A DNA stretch of 63,403 nucleotides, the filler included, from Intoshia linei (Eukaryota > Animalia > Orthonectida): the NCBI GenBank assembly GCA_001642005.1. It is 7 parts of 7 records of this genome, joined end to end, with 100 filler letters (N's around TTAATTAATTAA, not from the genome) between each part and the next. Parts side by side here need not be neighbours in the genome. Positions count along the whole stretch, not along the records: positions 30,886 to 43,713 come from LWCA01001053.1; positions 43,814 to 47,237 come from LWCA01002191.1; positions 47,338 to 53,481 come from LWCA01001707.1; positions 53,582 to 63,403 come from LWCA01001331.1; 3 more parts are not named here. The stretch is one strand, 5' to 3'. Of the stretch, positions 40,896-53,975 are shown piece by piece (the first letter of the stretch is position 1; each line of letters starts with the position of its first letter). Under the pieces are notes generated by a model. It saw only the letters and a program-made list of their open reading frames with translations. It had not been told where the DNA came from and searched no databases. The position numbers and the translations under genes were made by a program.

Positions 40896-42734
40896 TTATC
40901 TATTTTTTTTTCGTAACATGTAAGCTTTGCTTTTGATATGTCCCTTATTATAGAAGTAAACTTTTACACTTTCAGGTAAATAAACATGGAGATACTAAAA
41001 TAAGAATAATGGATTTAATAAAAAAAAAAAACCTGCAAAAAATGAGGAAACCAACCATTAGTCCATTTATAGCAAATACCAATTGAATTTAGAATTTGGT
41101 TAATCATTTGTGTATTTGAAGGAACCATTAAAGATGGTTTTTTAATACCTGACATTTTTCCAGCAATAAATGAAGGAGAAACGCACTAAATTCAATTATG
41201 ACAATATATATAAAATACTACCTCGACAATAATATTTGTTTTATGCAATTCTCTAGAAAGGCCCACTGAATAACAATTTACAAAACTCTATCGTTAAAAT
41301 TAACAAAAAAAAATGTTAACATTAATAAAACCTTTGAAGCTGAATAAGCTGTCAAATATGGCATCTCTATGAGAGCTGACACAGAACTCATATTTAATAT
41401 GATTCCTTTATTTCTTTTCATCATGTTGGGTAACACATATTTAGTTACCTAGATTATAATGTTTAATATTAATATACTTTACTTATTACCATCAACATTG
41501 ACACTACATTAACATTAACAATATCCAGTAAAAACTAAAATTAATTAATAAAATTTGTATTTTGCAGTATTTATACCTGATTATCAAGTTCAGAGAAAGT
41601 TTTCATACCATTATAAGAAATGCCAACATTGTTTACTAAATTATAAATAAAAAAAATAATATACAGTATTCCCTCTAATTCGACAAAATTGGGACCTTCA
41701 TAATTTTGGTAAAATAGATAAACGATAGACATATATTTAAAGTTTAGTAGTAATCTTTATTACAAAACTAGGTTGTCATTTTTCTACTATGTAAAAAAAA
41801 CAGTAACTAGATTCGCCGAAGGCATATTTTGATATATAATTTAAGCTCACCAAAATTTTACAATTTAAATGGATTTGCTATTATACCTAATATGGCAACA
41901 TTGTCCAATTCTGTTAGAGGTTTAGATAATTTTTCTTCGTAATTTGCTAATTTCGAGTTTGTAAAGTCATATTGCAAAACCATTGTTTCAATATCGTAAT
42001 CCTTTTCTAAAGTAAAATAATATAAAAATTAGATTTGAAATTTAAACAAGGATATTGATATAATTAAACTTATATTATAAACTGTAATGCCAATAAATTT
42101 TAAGTGGTGCCAACTAAAATTTTTAAACACTTTAAAAGTGAGTAAAATAAATAAAGAGAATATAAATCAAAAAGGTGTTGTGAATTCTTGTGTAATGCCA
42201 CTAAATTTTTTTAAACGTTCACATTTGGAAACTGGTTTAAATCGAGAACGACAGCCTCTTAATTTTTTTGCGAGCTTGACAAATACTATACTGATATATC
42301 CACAATAAAGGCACTAATTTAAATATGAAGTTTTAACGTCTATATATTATATTACCCAGCTCAGTTGCCACATTTTCTAATTTTTCCATATTTCTACTAA
42401 TGAGTACAACATTGAGTCCCATTTTTGCCAACTAGATAAAATTGACATACATTTAAATTTAATAATTTATACAGCATGGCAGTATTCGTAGCCCATACCA
42501 TTTGTGGCACCAGTAACAACTATTTATCAATTGATTATTGAAATTAAAATTATGATTAAAAATTACTGTAAATTTACTAATTATTTATTAATTACCTGCC
42601 CAAGTTCCATGTTTAGTGATATCCTCTCCTTTACATCCAAATAATACATGTATGTATTCCCTACATCCTCTGTATATCCTATAAAGGATATATGTTGCAA
42701 ATAATGTTGTAAAAAAACAACTTAAACCAAACAT
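40896..42734 (-). CDS. HSD17B12: Very-long-chain 3-oxoacyl-CoA reductase / 17-beta-HSD12-type SDR, about 10 exons
   Basis: N-terminal TM, GTWAVVTGATNGMGYEY, GLNVVLISRNMEKL, LVNNVGISY, GIILNMSS, YSASK (YxxxK); basic C-terminus LRKKNR*. Confidence 0.88.
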
Positions 42735-43713
42735 TGAATAATTGAGTCAACAAATTTTGACACAATGTGGCGTATCGTTGGTATTTCAATAAATATTTAT
42801 TTTTTATAATTTCAATTTCAGATGTTTATTTTTATTATTTTAATTTTACTGTCAAATTTGGACCTATTTGTAGTATCGTCACAGATACTAACTAAACTTA
42901 TCTTATTCTACTATAAATATAAACGAGTTATCACTCAAGAATCTTTCGAATAATGTATTTAACTTGTAAATAGTATATAACTTATTTTAGCTTAATTAAT
43001 TAATAAACGTATTTACTACACTATCATGATTTAAATGCACAAATGAAACTCTTGAAATATATCAATATTTCTAAATTTTTATGCAGAGTTGGTAGATATA
43101 AAGTTAAATTCTTTATTTAAATTTTGAAACTATCATTTTGAAAGAAAATTGTTGAAATACAGTGTATATTAGGGTTATTCTATTTTTCTAATATAAAAAT
43201 GACATAGAAAATGAGCGCCGCTTAATTTGCTGCTGAATGATATTAATATTTTTAATTTTTATCCAAAAAAACCCACGCGTTTTGAAGTTTAAAGTTTTCG
43301 TTTTATGATTTCTCAGTTAGTTTATTGAAAATTCAAATAATCCGCTATCGTGTTAAATTTAAAATTATACAGTAAAATCTCGATTATGTAAATTTTACGT
43401 TAAATTTTAGTTTTAATAAAGTGAAAAATAATTTTTAATATATTATCAACTAATATTTTTCAAATATTTCGATTAAAATGAAAAATTGAAAATGTAATTA
43501 TTGATCCTACAATTTCAAAAAAAATGTGTATTTTACTTCTACACATTTCCAATAAAGGAATATAAGTGAAAATCAATATAATTCATTCCTACATAATTTT
43601 TAAATTTCAAATTTTCATTTTTAAAACATTTTTTATAATCATCAAATTTTAACACTACCGCAACGAATTTATAAAATTAAATTTATATTAACTGAAACGT
43701 TATTTTTTTTATT

Positions 43714-43813
43714 NNNNNNNNNNNNNNNNNNNNNNNNNNNNNNNNNNNNNNNNNNNNTTAATTAATTAANNNNNNNNNNNNNNNNNNNNNNNNNNNNNNN
43801 NNNNNNNNNNNNN
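43714..43813. other. Scaffold gap spacer
   Basis: 100-nt N spacer with TTAATTAATTAA. Confidence 0.97.
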
Positions 43814-44143
43814 GCTTACAAGTGAATAATCTTTTCTGAATTTCAGACTGAATATATAATCGGGTTCATATTTACAAATTAGAAATTAATTTAACACAAG
43901 AAATTTGACACTCGAAAATATTAAATATTTTATTTTTTTAATATTTTTATAATTTTTCAAAAAATATAAAAATATCAACTCGGGCTTTGCCCAAGTAGCC
44001 CGAGTTGGAAAGTCGCCACTGTAATAGTAATAATAGTAACTAGAATATTTAAAAATTTATACTTATTTACTATTATTATTATTTCTATTTCGTCTGATAG
44101 AATCTGTTTAAATTCTTAACATTAGTTAATTACATTACATTCA

Positions 44144-44520
44144 TTAAATAGTAATTGTGATAAATAATGAAATAATTCTGTAAAAATCTTTTAAGTTTTT
44201 AATAATTGCCATATCCAAAAATTGCAATTTGCAGGTTGTATTGGGTGGAAGATATAGCAACCGAATGGAAACCAAAAATTCGATAAGAGTTTTGCAATGA
44301 GCACTGCAGTTATCTAGAACCAATAGCACTTTACGATTTTTTTTTGATTTTAAATCAATTATATGCAACTATTCTTCAAATAGCAAGGTCAGTCATTCAA
44401 GCATTTTCATTTTTCCTATAAAGTAATGGAAAGTTATCATTATCTTATCCCGAAAAACATCTGGGATTCTTTGATTTTCCAATCATAAATAAGGGCAATT
44501 TTTCAATTTACGGTAAACGG
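44144..44520 (-). mobile_element. pogo/Tigger DDE domain remnant
   Basis: RKVLLVLDNCSAH...YLPPNTTCKLQFLDMAIIKNLKDFYR. Confidence 0.85.
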
Positions 44521-44931
44521 TAATGTTCACTGATGAGTTAAATACTAGAAAAAACAATTTATTTCATGAATTATAGATTTTATAAATATAGATTATAATT
44601 TCGACAATATTATAAATGTAAGTGAATAAGAATCTTTAAAAATTTTTATGAACAAAAATTGGTTTTAAAATTATAATGTTAGCAATCAGCAGATCTACGT
44701 AATAACCATTTTACTCATTTTGTATACACCATAGTATATTTCTATAAATGGCAAGAATTCTTACAAACAACTAAAATTATAACTTTTATTTATAACGTAT
44801 GTGATAATATGTAAATAATCAAACAACACAATGTCTTGTTCATCTACATTAATAAGTTAATAACTAAATATTATTTATATATTATTATAATACAATTATA
44901 TTACATTATTATACATATAAATTTGTATTAC

Positions 44932-45564
44932 CTATTGAATGTTAATCAAATCAGTATGATGAATGTGTTCCATTATCACGCCATTCCATTTAGCATAACT
45001 GGTTGGATTATTGTCATTATTTAATTTGTAAATGTGATATAATGTTAATTGCATTAATACATCCATAAAAAGCTTTGAAAAAAAGGTGCAATTATGGCAA
45101 ATAATACTTATTGAATATAAATAAACGATAGTATAAATAGCGTAGTTCATTTTCAATAAATTTGTATCAATTGGTTCATTTAGTATATATACGCAAATAA
45201 CAGCAAATAAAACAAAATTTAAATATACCATAAATGTTATGGTATATTTATTCAAATTAGATTTGTTTAAGTTTTCAGTTATAGCGGAAAAATATGGATA
45301 AACAGTGTCAATTTTCAAGATATATTTAATTTGTATTAGAACATAACGAAAATATAATTCAATCTTCCATATTATTTCTGAAATAACATTAAAAAATGCA
45401 ATACAAATTATAATAGCCGTGTCATATCTTCCATTTCCAATTCCATTTGTCAAACTGTTAATATCAACTTCAAATATTTTGCGACTGCCAATTTCAATTT
45501 CTTCGCAATTCATATTGAGTGAAAGAAATGCTAGCATTATCAATATAATAAGAATTTTGTTCAT
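44932..45564 (-). CDS. Orphan signal-peptide, multi-pass membrane protein, copy A (210 aa)
   Basis: Long ORF in AT-rich DNA with a signal-like N-terminus (MNKILIILIMLAFLSLNMNC|EE) and several hydrophobic segments. A canonical short 5'-UTR intron (GTAAGT...CCCAG) lies just upstream, and a paralogous ORF is adjacent. Confidence 0.7.
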   Translation of the reverse strand: MNKILIILIMLAFLSLNMNCEEIEIGSRKIFEVDINSLTNGIGNGRYDTAIIICIAFFNVISEIIWKIELYFRYVLIQIKYILKIDTVYPYFSAITENLNKSNLNKYTITFMVYLNFVLFAVICVYILNEPIDTNLLKMNYAIYTIVYLYSISIICHNCTFFSKLFMDVLMQLTLYHIYKLNNDNNPTSYAKWNGVIMEHIHHTDLINIQ

Positions 45565-47181
45565 ATTCGTAAATAAATTTAATCAAATATTTAACCTGGG
45601 TGCTGTGTTGTTAAAAAATAAATTAATACTTACGTAAATAAATAAAAGAATTAGAAAATTTAAAATTAGATAAGTTTACACATTATGCAGTGTTGCCAAA
45701 AATTTGTATTTTTAAAACCATTTTTAAATAAGAGAATCTGGACCAAACTACATATTAGTTATATTATTTACATATTAGTGAACATATTACAAATTATGTA
45801 TCAATTATCGACTACATAATAAATTAAAATTATAGGCCAGTTTTAATTTTTAAAAAAAAAGGGTAATCTGGTTTTTAACGTGAAAATTATCTTTTTTAAG
45901 GTTACCATTTATGATAATGCTTATGAATTTAAAAACCATCCAAGAATTTATGTTGTATAAAATTCAAGGACTTTCTTAATTTTAACAAAAAAGGGTAATT
46001 TGATAAAAATATAAGATTTTTAAATTATCATAATATTGATGAAGCACTATATTTTAGATAANCATTATCACGCCATTCCATTTAGCATAACTGGTTGGAT
46101 TATTGTCATTATTTAATTTGTAAATGTGATATAATGTTAATTGCATTAATACATCCATAAAAAGCTTTGAAAAAAAGGTGCAATTATGACAAATAATACT
46201 TATTAAATATAAATAAACGATAGTATAAATAGTGTAGTTTATTTTCAATAAATTTGTATCAATTAATTTATTTGATACATAATTCACAATGGCAAACACT
46301 ATAACAACTATCAAATATATGATAAGTGTTATGGCATATTTATTCATATTAGATTTGATCAATAATTGATAAATCTCAAGTATATCTGAAGCAGATGGAT
46401 AACCAGTGTATATTGCAAAGATATATTTATATATATATATATTCGCCACTATAATCCAATAATTAATATATAATATATCATTCCATATTATTTCTGAAAT
46501 AACATTAAAAAATGCAATACAAATTATAATAGCCGTGTCATATCTTCCATTTCCAATTCCATTTGTCAAACTGTTAATATCAACTTCAAATATTTTGCGA
46601 CTGCCAATTTCAATTTCTTCGCAATTTATATTGAATAAAAGAAATGCTAGCATTATCAATATTGTAAGAATTTTGTTCATATTCGTAAATAAATTTAATC
46701 AAATATTTAACCTGAGTGCTGTGTTGTTAGAAAATAAATTAATACTTACGTAAATAAATAAGAAGAATTAGAAAATTTAAAATTAGATATGTTTTTTACA
46801 CATTATGCAGTGTTGCCAAAAATTTGTATTTTTAAAACCATTTTTAAATAAGAGAATCTGGACCAAACTACATATTAGTTATATTATTTACATATTAGTG
46901 AACATATTACAAATTATGTATCAATTATCGACTACATAATAAATAAAAATTATAAGCCAGTTTTAATTTTTAAAAAAAAAGGGTAATCTGGTTTTTAACG
47001 TGAAAATTATCTTTTTTAAGGTTACCATTTATGATAATGCTTATGAATTTAAAAACCATCCAAGAATTTATGTTGTATAAAATTCAAGGACTTTCTTAAT
47101 TTTAACAAAAAAGGGTAATTTGATAAAAATATAAGATTTTTAAATTATCATAATATTGATGAAGCACTATATTTTAGATAA
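44971..47181. repeat. Direct duplication of about 1.1 kb (44971-46061 and 46063-47181) joined at a single N
   Basis: The units are nearly identical except for the central coding block; N at 46062. Confidence 0.9.
46063..46680 (-). CDS. Orphan signal-peptide membrane protein, copy B (3' end cut at the N junction)
   Basis: Same N- and C-terminal regions and 5'-UTR intron as copy A, with a different central 73-aa block. Confidence 0.7.
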
Positions 47182-47237
47182 TTGTTTGTGTTTAACTTTT
47201 CATATAACCAACCAAAAAAATTAATTTTTACATGATA

Positions 47238-47337
47238 NNNNNNNNNNNNNNNNNNNNNNNNNNNNNNNNNNNNNNNNNNNNTTAATTAATTAANNNNNNN
47301 NNNNNNNNNNNNNNNNNNNNNNNNNNNNNNNNNNNNN
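47238..47337. other. Scaffold gap spacer
   Basis: 100-nt N spacer with TTAATTAATTAA. Confidence 0.97.
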
Positions 47338-47672
47338 GCGATATATTGTTCAAAACTTTAGAGGCGATGCCCCAGGGTTTTTTTTAACAGTCGAGAGATA
47401 AGATTGGGTGAAAATTAAATATTTTAAAAATGTTCATATGGTGAAAGGGTGCACTTTTGATATATAAATTCATTCATACCCCTAACCTGCACATCATTGT
47501 ATTGGCTGTGGGCCTTTTCTAGTTTAGCAATAAATTTAATACAATTTCAATTTGATTTACCCATTTCAAAAAAAGAATTAAGGATCGTAAAATATGGGTA
47601 TCAATATGGTGCGTAAGAGTGTATTGGTGGGATCAATAAATTGTTAATATTTTGTAAAATAAAATTATATAC

Positions 47673-50600
47673 CAAGATTGAAACATGCAGTTAAATTTAA
47701 TATCGACACTCCCAGTAGTCAAAACGTTGAATCCTAACCTCGACGTCTTTTTCCCGTTTTCCTGCAAATTTTTTATTTAAGTTTCAAATACTAATGTATG
47801 TAATAAAATAATAAACGTACAGTTTGAAATATTTGGGGATGTGCTTGGGTAATATTGTTTAACTCTAGTCCACCGCCAACAAAAAATCGTTTTATTTTAT
47901 TGAATCTTTCGTTAGTATTTGATAATGGTCTCCAGCAATTTAGTTTTCTTTTATAAAAGCCTAAATAATAACAATAAGAAAGAAATAATAAGTGTCGCAT
48001 ACCGAGACCGTGACAAATTGTCCATGACAATATGATTCCAGTATGAGATCAATTTAAAAACATTAAATTCAATTGGAAAAATTCTTAGTTAAATAATACA
48101 AAATGTCTCTTATCATTGTTCCTCTCTGTCATGTTTTTTTAATGTACATCTTATTTCTTACATTTGAAAATTAAAATTATTATAATTTCTTCACAATAAA
48201 GTGCACTATAAATACATAAAAAAATTGTATTAATAATTAATTACATTTCAACATTCACTTAAAATTGGATGTTATATAACATTTACTTATAACACAAATA
48301 CATTTCACATCTACAAATATTATATTAATGTCAATAAAATAGTTTTTAGTAGAATAAATTTTAACTGGGTTTTGAGATAGAAACTTAAATTTTAATAAGA
48401 AATTGACTATAACCTGAAAAATAAATGGGTTTAAATTTTTTTTTGTAGTATTAATGAAAAATTAGTTAATTTTACTAAAACTTATTTTTGGACCACTTTT
48501 CAAAAAATGGTGACCCAAATCAAGGACCGATTGCATCGCAAATAATAATAATAAAGTAACTAAATATGTAAGTATTATTCCTCATATCTTGGAAATGGAA
48601 CACAATTAATTGTATTAATTAATTGTAAAAAATTATGATGTGGACAGTGTTCTCTGAACACCATAAAATGTATTTATTTTGTAATATTCTTTAGTCCCTT
48701 AGTTTTTCATTATTAACTGGGGTTAATTGTCGGTGGATTAGTTAATGACGCTATTAGTGAACTTGAAATTAATAAACATAATATAATAATTTTCATAATA
48801 ACTATAATAATAAATTTAAGCTTAACATATGACGGGTATTTTTAAATTAAACAGTAGGCCAATATTTTTGTAATATATTTAAAGACAAACACGATTTATA
48901 TTATTTTTATGACATTTTTTATTTCTAAAATTTTATTCAATATTTAACATTTTCGTGGTTACCTCATGGTATACGAAAATTATTATAATAAATAGAAATG
49001 GATAAAATTTACCTCCCTTATCAGGAATTCTTGTATATGAATAACCTTCTATACGATAACGATTGTAGTCATCATATGAAGAAACTTTAACATATAAATT
49101 AGGCCAAGGTATTGAAAAATCTAAAATAATAAATATTTTAACTTGTTTCATAGATATAGAAATATCAAAATGGCGGTATTGAGTTTAGCGTTATTGAGTG
49201 TATAACGTTGTAGCAAATAAATCATGGATACGGCTACTATGTATTAATAATCAGTCATATAGTAAAATAATAATAAATATAGTGGCGGTATTGAGAGGTC
49301 TGACTGCAGTATAATTTCGATTGGATTGGATTATACATAGGGCTGGCTGAAATACTGGTACTAATAGAATTTTGCTAGCACTGGTACCAACAATAGTACC
49401 AGCTGGTATCAGTAAAGATAGGCTGACCATATTTTTGTCATACTAAAAGTAGTACTTTTATTGCTTAGAAATAAAATGTTTTTGATTAATTTTTGATTAG
49501 AAAAATGAAAATTTAAGATAAATTTCAATTTATAAATTTATAAAGTACGTCGAAAGTACAAATTTGAAACAGTGCCAAAAGTAGTACTTTATCTAAAAAG
49601 TCGTACTTCTGGTCGCACTAGTAAAGATAGTGCCAGCCCTGATTATACATTATTTTATTTATATTTTCTGTCTTATTACCTTCTTCATAGCAATTATTGT
49701 ACAATAAATCGAAATTAAATGGCATTTGAATATAAGCTATGTTGTCCTAAATGTATATATTATTTATCAACATCTACAGCAGTGATTCTCAAACTTTTTT
49801 ACCACAGTTTGAAAATGAGAATTTAAAATTTAAAAATTGCGTAGCAATGAAAAAAATTCCGAACAAATAAATTATATAGATTTTCACGCATATTTCTTTT
49901 TTGGAAATGTGTAGACGTTCAATGCACATTTTTTTGAAATTGTATGATCAATATTTACATTTTCAAATTTTTATTTTAATCAAATATTTCAAAAAGGGGA
50001 TTAATTAATTTGTCAGTATTCAATTAAAATACTGACATTTTTTAATAAAAAATGTTCTGTATTTTCAACATAAAATTGTCAGTATACACATTAAAATATC
50101 AGTAATAAAAAGTATTTTGTCAGTATTCAATTACATATTTGTCAGTTTTTAATTGCTTTCTTGTCAGTACATAATTGCATTTTTGTCAGTAAATATATTA
50201 ACTAGATCAGTATTCATCGAAAATTGTAAGTAACTCAACAAAAAAGTATATAGAAATAAACAGATTATATAAAATAATATTTTGTCAGTAAAAAAATTGA
50301 ATTGTAAGTTTGATGATTTTGGAGTGTCAGTATAAACATTAAAAATCTAGTTTTTAAAACCTAAACCCTAGAAAAAATCTCGGTTGGATTTAACCGCTAG
50401 TCTGAGCTTAGTGACCACTGCTCTAATAAATGAATCCTTGTTATAGATAAATTTTCATTAACACATTAATAAATAGAACATTTAAATTTTTCAATAAATA
50501 TGAAAAAATTTAAAGAACATTAGAAAATAAGAAAAAGAATCGATATAATGTACAATTGGACAAATTATGTAATACAATTTTTCCAGTTTCAACATTGAGA

Positions 50601-51917
50601 TTCGACTTACAAACTATTAATCAATTATTATTGAATTTACCACAAAATTTCCGTTTTCTATAGCTTTAGTTTTACAAATTTGAGAAATTCCTGACACTTT
50701 TTGGTTGGTATCATTCATTTTCCAATCTTTAGGTATTTCCAAAAAATATTCAATGTATAGATCTTCATATTCAAAATTTTTTAGTAAAGCTAAATTGTTT
50801 TTCTTCATTATGTATATTTTAAACAGCTTGGAAAATTTTTCTATCAAAGGTACTAAGTTAGTACTACTAATTATAATCTCAAATTGATATATGTAGTAAC
50901 ATGATAAAACAGGTAGAATTTGAATGTATTTTATGAAAAATAGGGGTGTTAAAGAGGTTTTTTTAAGCAAAAGTTTATTTAAAAAAAATTTTGTAATGTA
51001 GTTTACTCTACTTGTATGTTTATAGTAGTACCTACTTTTAGAAATCTTTACTTTTATAAAGTAAAAGTTGTAAACATTGTAGCATTAACGTTGTAAATAC
51101 ATTGTATGTGTGTAACAATTTATTTAGAAAACGGACAATTCCAGAAATTTAAAAAACTAAAATTTAAAGTTTTTTGCTGTGCTAAGATGTGCTGTGCTGT
51201 GTGTAAGCTTCATGGTCAAATACCAAATTATCTTTTTAAAATTTTATAAAATTAAATTCTCTGATATAAATACAAATTTACATTGTTAGAAAAAATGTTT
51301 ACCCTTTTTTTGGAAATTATTTCATTAACGAAAAAAAACATTTGATGTAATTAACTAATTAATATAATTTTAGAATTCAAAATAAAAAATTATCTTGACG
51401 TGAAACCATTCCTTTAAAAGATTGATAATAGTGAAGAGTGGTATTTTTATGCAACATTTAATTTTTTTGAAGGAATTAGAAAAGTCCACATTCGGCAGAG
51501 TTAAATAGTTTTTGTACGAAGTACAAAACATCCAAGCTAGTATATTTATAATCTACACATAATTTTTACAACTGGGCAAGAATGTACAATGTAATCTCAC
51601 GGGTAAATTACACGACTTGATATTATCTTTCCACTATTTTAATATACAACATTGGACGGGTACATCCAAATACATAAACCCATTATGTATTTAATTTAAT
51701 CATATTTAATTTTTTTTAATTTAAATAAAAATTTACTTATTTCTCCCATTATGAACAGTCTTGTCAATCCAACTAAAGGCTAAGAATATTTTTATAAGAT
51801 AATAATATATATTTAATAATTAATAATATATTTATATTATAATTAATGAATAAAGCATACCAAAACAAATTCCTTTCCAACACAAGCTTTAAGGTAATTA
51901 TTATGACGTCGATACAG
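47673..51917 (-). CDS. MKS1: Meckel syndrome type 1 B9-domain transition-zone protein, partial (possible extra exon at 52688-52724)
   Basis: Exons LYRRHNNYLKACVGKEF|PLVGLTRLFIMGEI|NFEYEDLYIEYFLEIP..VSGISQICKTK|DNIAYIQMPFNF|PWPNLYVKVSSYDDYNRYRIEGY|NCWRP..KRFFVGGGLEL|SRLGFNVLTTGSVDIKFNCMFQS are colinear with MKS1. Confidence 0.88.
49338..49641. mobile_element. hAT MITE containing a second nested hAT MITE (about 49420-49620), in an MKS1 intron
   Basis: Outer ends TAGGGCTGGC / GCCAGCCCTG with TSD ATTATACA. Inner ends AGGCTGACCA / TGGTCGCACTA with TSD GTAAAGAT. Confidence 0.8.
50010..50335 (+). repeat. Array of TGTCAGTA-like motifs
   Basis: About ten TGTCAGT(A)/ATCAGTA copies at irregular spacing, and one inverted copy (TACTGACA) at about 50030. 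Confidence 0.7.
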
Positions 51918-52754
51918 CTAAAAAAACCATTACAGCAATACAATACAATATATATATTTTTCTAAAAATGAAACAAAAGAATCATATTTTATGTAGCCCA
52001 TTTAATTCTCAACCTTTTTTGAAAAAAAGACCCCTAGAATAAAAAAATTTGGTTTTTGCAAGATTATCACCCTCCTAAAAACATTTATTACGAATTCTGT
52101 AATAATTATAATTACAAATAACTCTAAAAAAATTATTCTAATTTGGGAATTATAATAATTTACAATATACAGTATGTAGTAAAGGTCCTATTTAACAGAA
52201 TTTTTGGAATTTAAAAATTTTTTTGCTAGTAAAGGTTGACTTTTTCTAATAATACTATTTTTATTTAACTTTGCAGAAATAACCTTGCGAATCTAGTTTT
52301 CATTTTAAAAAAATTTTTTTTCTTTTATTTTACATTTTCATCGCTTGACTTTAATAATTGAATAGATATTGAAGTTTCATTGATGAAAGTAATACATAAT
52401 ACACTACATATAATGTAATACATAATGAAATTATAATATCAATTATAAAATAAACAGAATCAATTGATTTTAAAAATAAATCGCCCCAATATTAAAAAAA
52501 ATGCCGAAAATGGGCGACATCGCCCAGATCGAATTTCCCTAATCTAGACCCTTGGATAAATGAATAGGGTTATATGACACTACAAATAGTTTTTTTAGAT
52601 TAAATTTTTTAATGGCCTATTCTTCATGTTACGAAGTGATATCGAAGTTGCTAGATTCGGCTCTGCTAAATACTATTATAAATATACCTCTTTTTGTATT
52701 TTTAGTTCGTTTTCTGTTATTCGTCTACAAATTCATATCATTATAATTCACGTA

Positions 52755-53375
52755 CAGTGGTGCCTCCAATATTCACCAAAATAGGGATTTTAAAATTTGA
52801 AAATGGGGAATAATAGATACAAATTACAAGGAAACTTATAACCAATATACATATAGTATGTTTCACTATACAAATAAATATCTATATATATTCATCTATA
52901 TACAATAAAACCTCACTTAAAAAACTCTCGCATTAACGAACAAATTAAAATACATAAAATTAAATAGAAAAATGCCAAAAATTTAATTTCATAAATAATG
53001 TTAAATAAAATACGTAATGGAAATTAGACTCTCGTTTAACGAAATCCCTCTTAAGTTAAGCCTTGAAGAACAAGAACTTGGAACGAATTGGTTCGTGAAA
53101 GTGAGGTATTACTATACCATGTATATTTTGACAGTATTATAATTCGTTAATTCTCTAGTTCGGCATACATCTTAATCTTTTATATATAATGTAATACATG
53201 TCATTTTATTTTTCACAAATTCTGTTTTTTAAAAAATTTTTTTAATAATTTTTTTATATACTGGGGTAGGGTATGAAAATATTATTGGCGATCAACGCAG
53301 TTTTTTATGAGGTTCATATAAACTAAAGTTTATTTGAGCGAATCACGGAATAGGAGAATAGTGGAGGCTGGACTG
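52755..53375. mobile_element. pogo-type MITE with a nested second pogo MITE (about 52903-53114)
   Basis: Outer TA-CAGTGGTGCCTCC...GGAGGCTGGACTG-TA. Inner TA-CAATAAAACCTCAC...GTGAGGTATTACTA-TA. Confidence 0.6.
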
Positions 53376-53481
53376 TATATATTTTCAAATAAATTTTTAA
53401 CTTTTACAGATCATTTTATTTTGCTTTAACAATTTTAAATGTGTATTTACGCAATTTAATAAGATAAAAATTATTATATAA

Positions 53482-53581
53482 NNNNNNNNNNNNNNNNNNN
53501 NNNNNNNNNNNNNNNNNNNNNNNNNTTAATTAATTAANNNNNNNNNNNNNNNNNNNNNNNNNNNNNNNNNNNNNNNNNNNN
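53482..53581. other. Scaffold gap spacer
   Basis: 100-nt N spacer with TTAATTAATTAA. Confidence 0.97.
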
Positions 53582-53975
53582 TGAAATTTTTTGTGTGTGT
53601 TAACAGGATAAAACTGTACCACCTGTAAATTTTTTTTAAATTCTAGGGCTGTATTCATTAAAAAAAGAAGTGTAATTTGTGGTTTTGGCCCTAAAGATAT
53701 AATTTTTTTAAATTTAAATTTATGATAATGTTTATGATTTTAAAATCCGTATCAGAGTATATATTTTTTTAAATTTTCCAACACGTTTGATTTTAAAAAA
53801 AAAGAACAATTGGGTTTTTTGACCAGAAATATGTGAGTGTGGGAGGTTGAAATTTATTTTGCTAACACCCCGGAAAAAACGGTAACATACACAAATAAAT
53901 ATTGCATAGCATATTATATAAGTAAGGATATATGGGTAATATTAAATTAATTAAAATTAAATTAAAATTGTTAAC

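Noticed and set aside
46054-46062. Distinct C-terminus of orphan copy B
   Set aside because: It is created by the N junction with the neighbouring unit.
45419-46753. Duplicated plus-strand 72-aa ORFs
   Set aside because: They are antisense shadows of the orphan genes, duplicated passively.
50010-50335. CRISPR-like repeat-spacer pattern
   Set aside because: Repeats are only about 8 nt and irregularly spaced, the context is a eukaryotic intron, and there are no cas genes.
53118-53160. Candidate exon ELTNYNTVKIYM for MKS1 or ferritin
   Set aside because: It lies inside a pogo MITE and the similarity is unconvincing.
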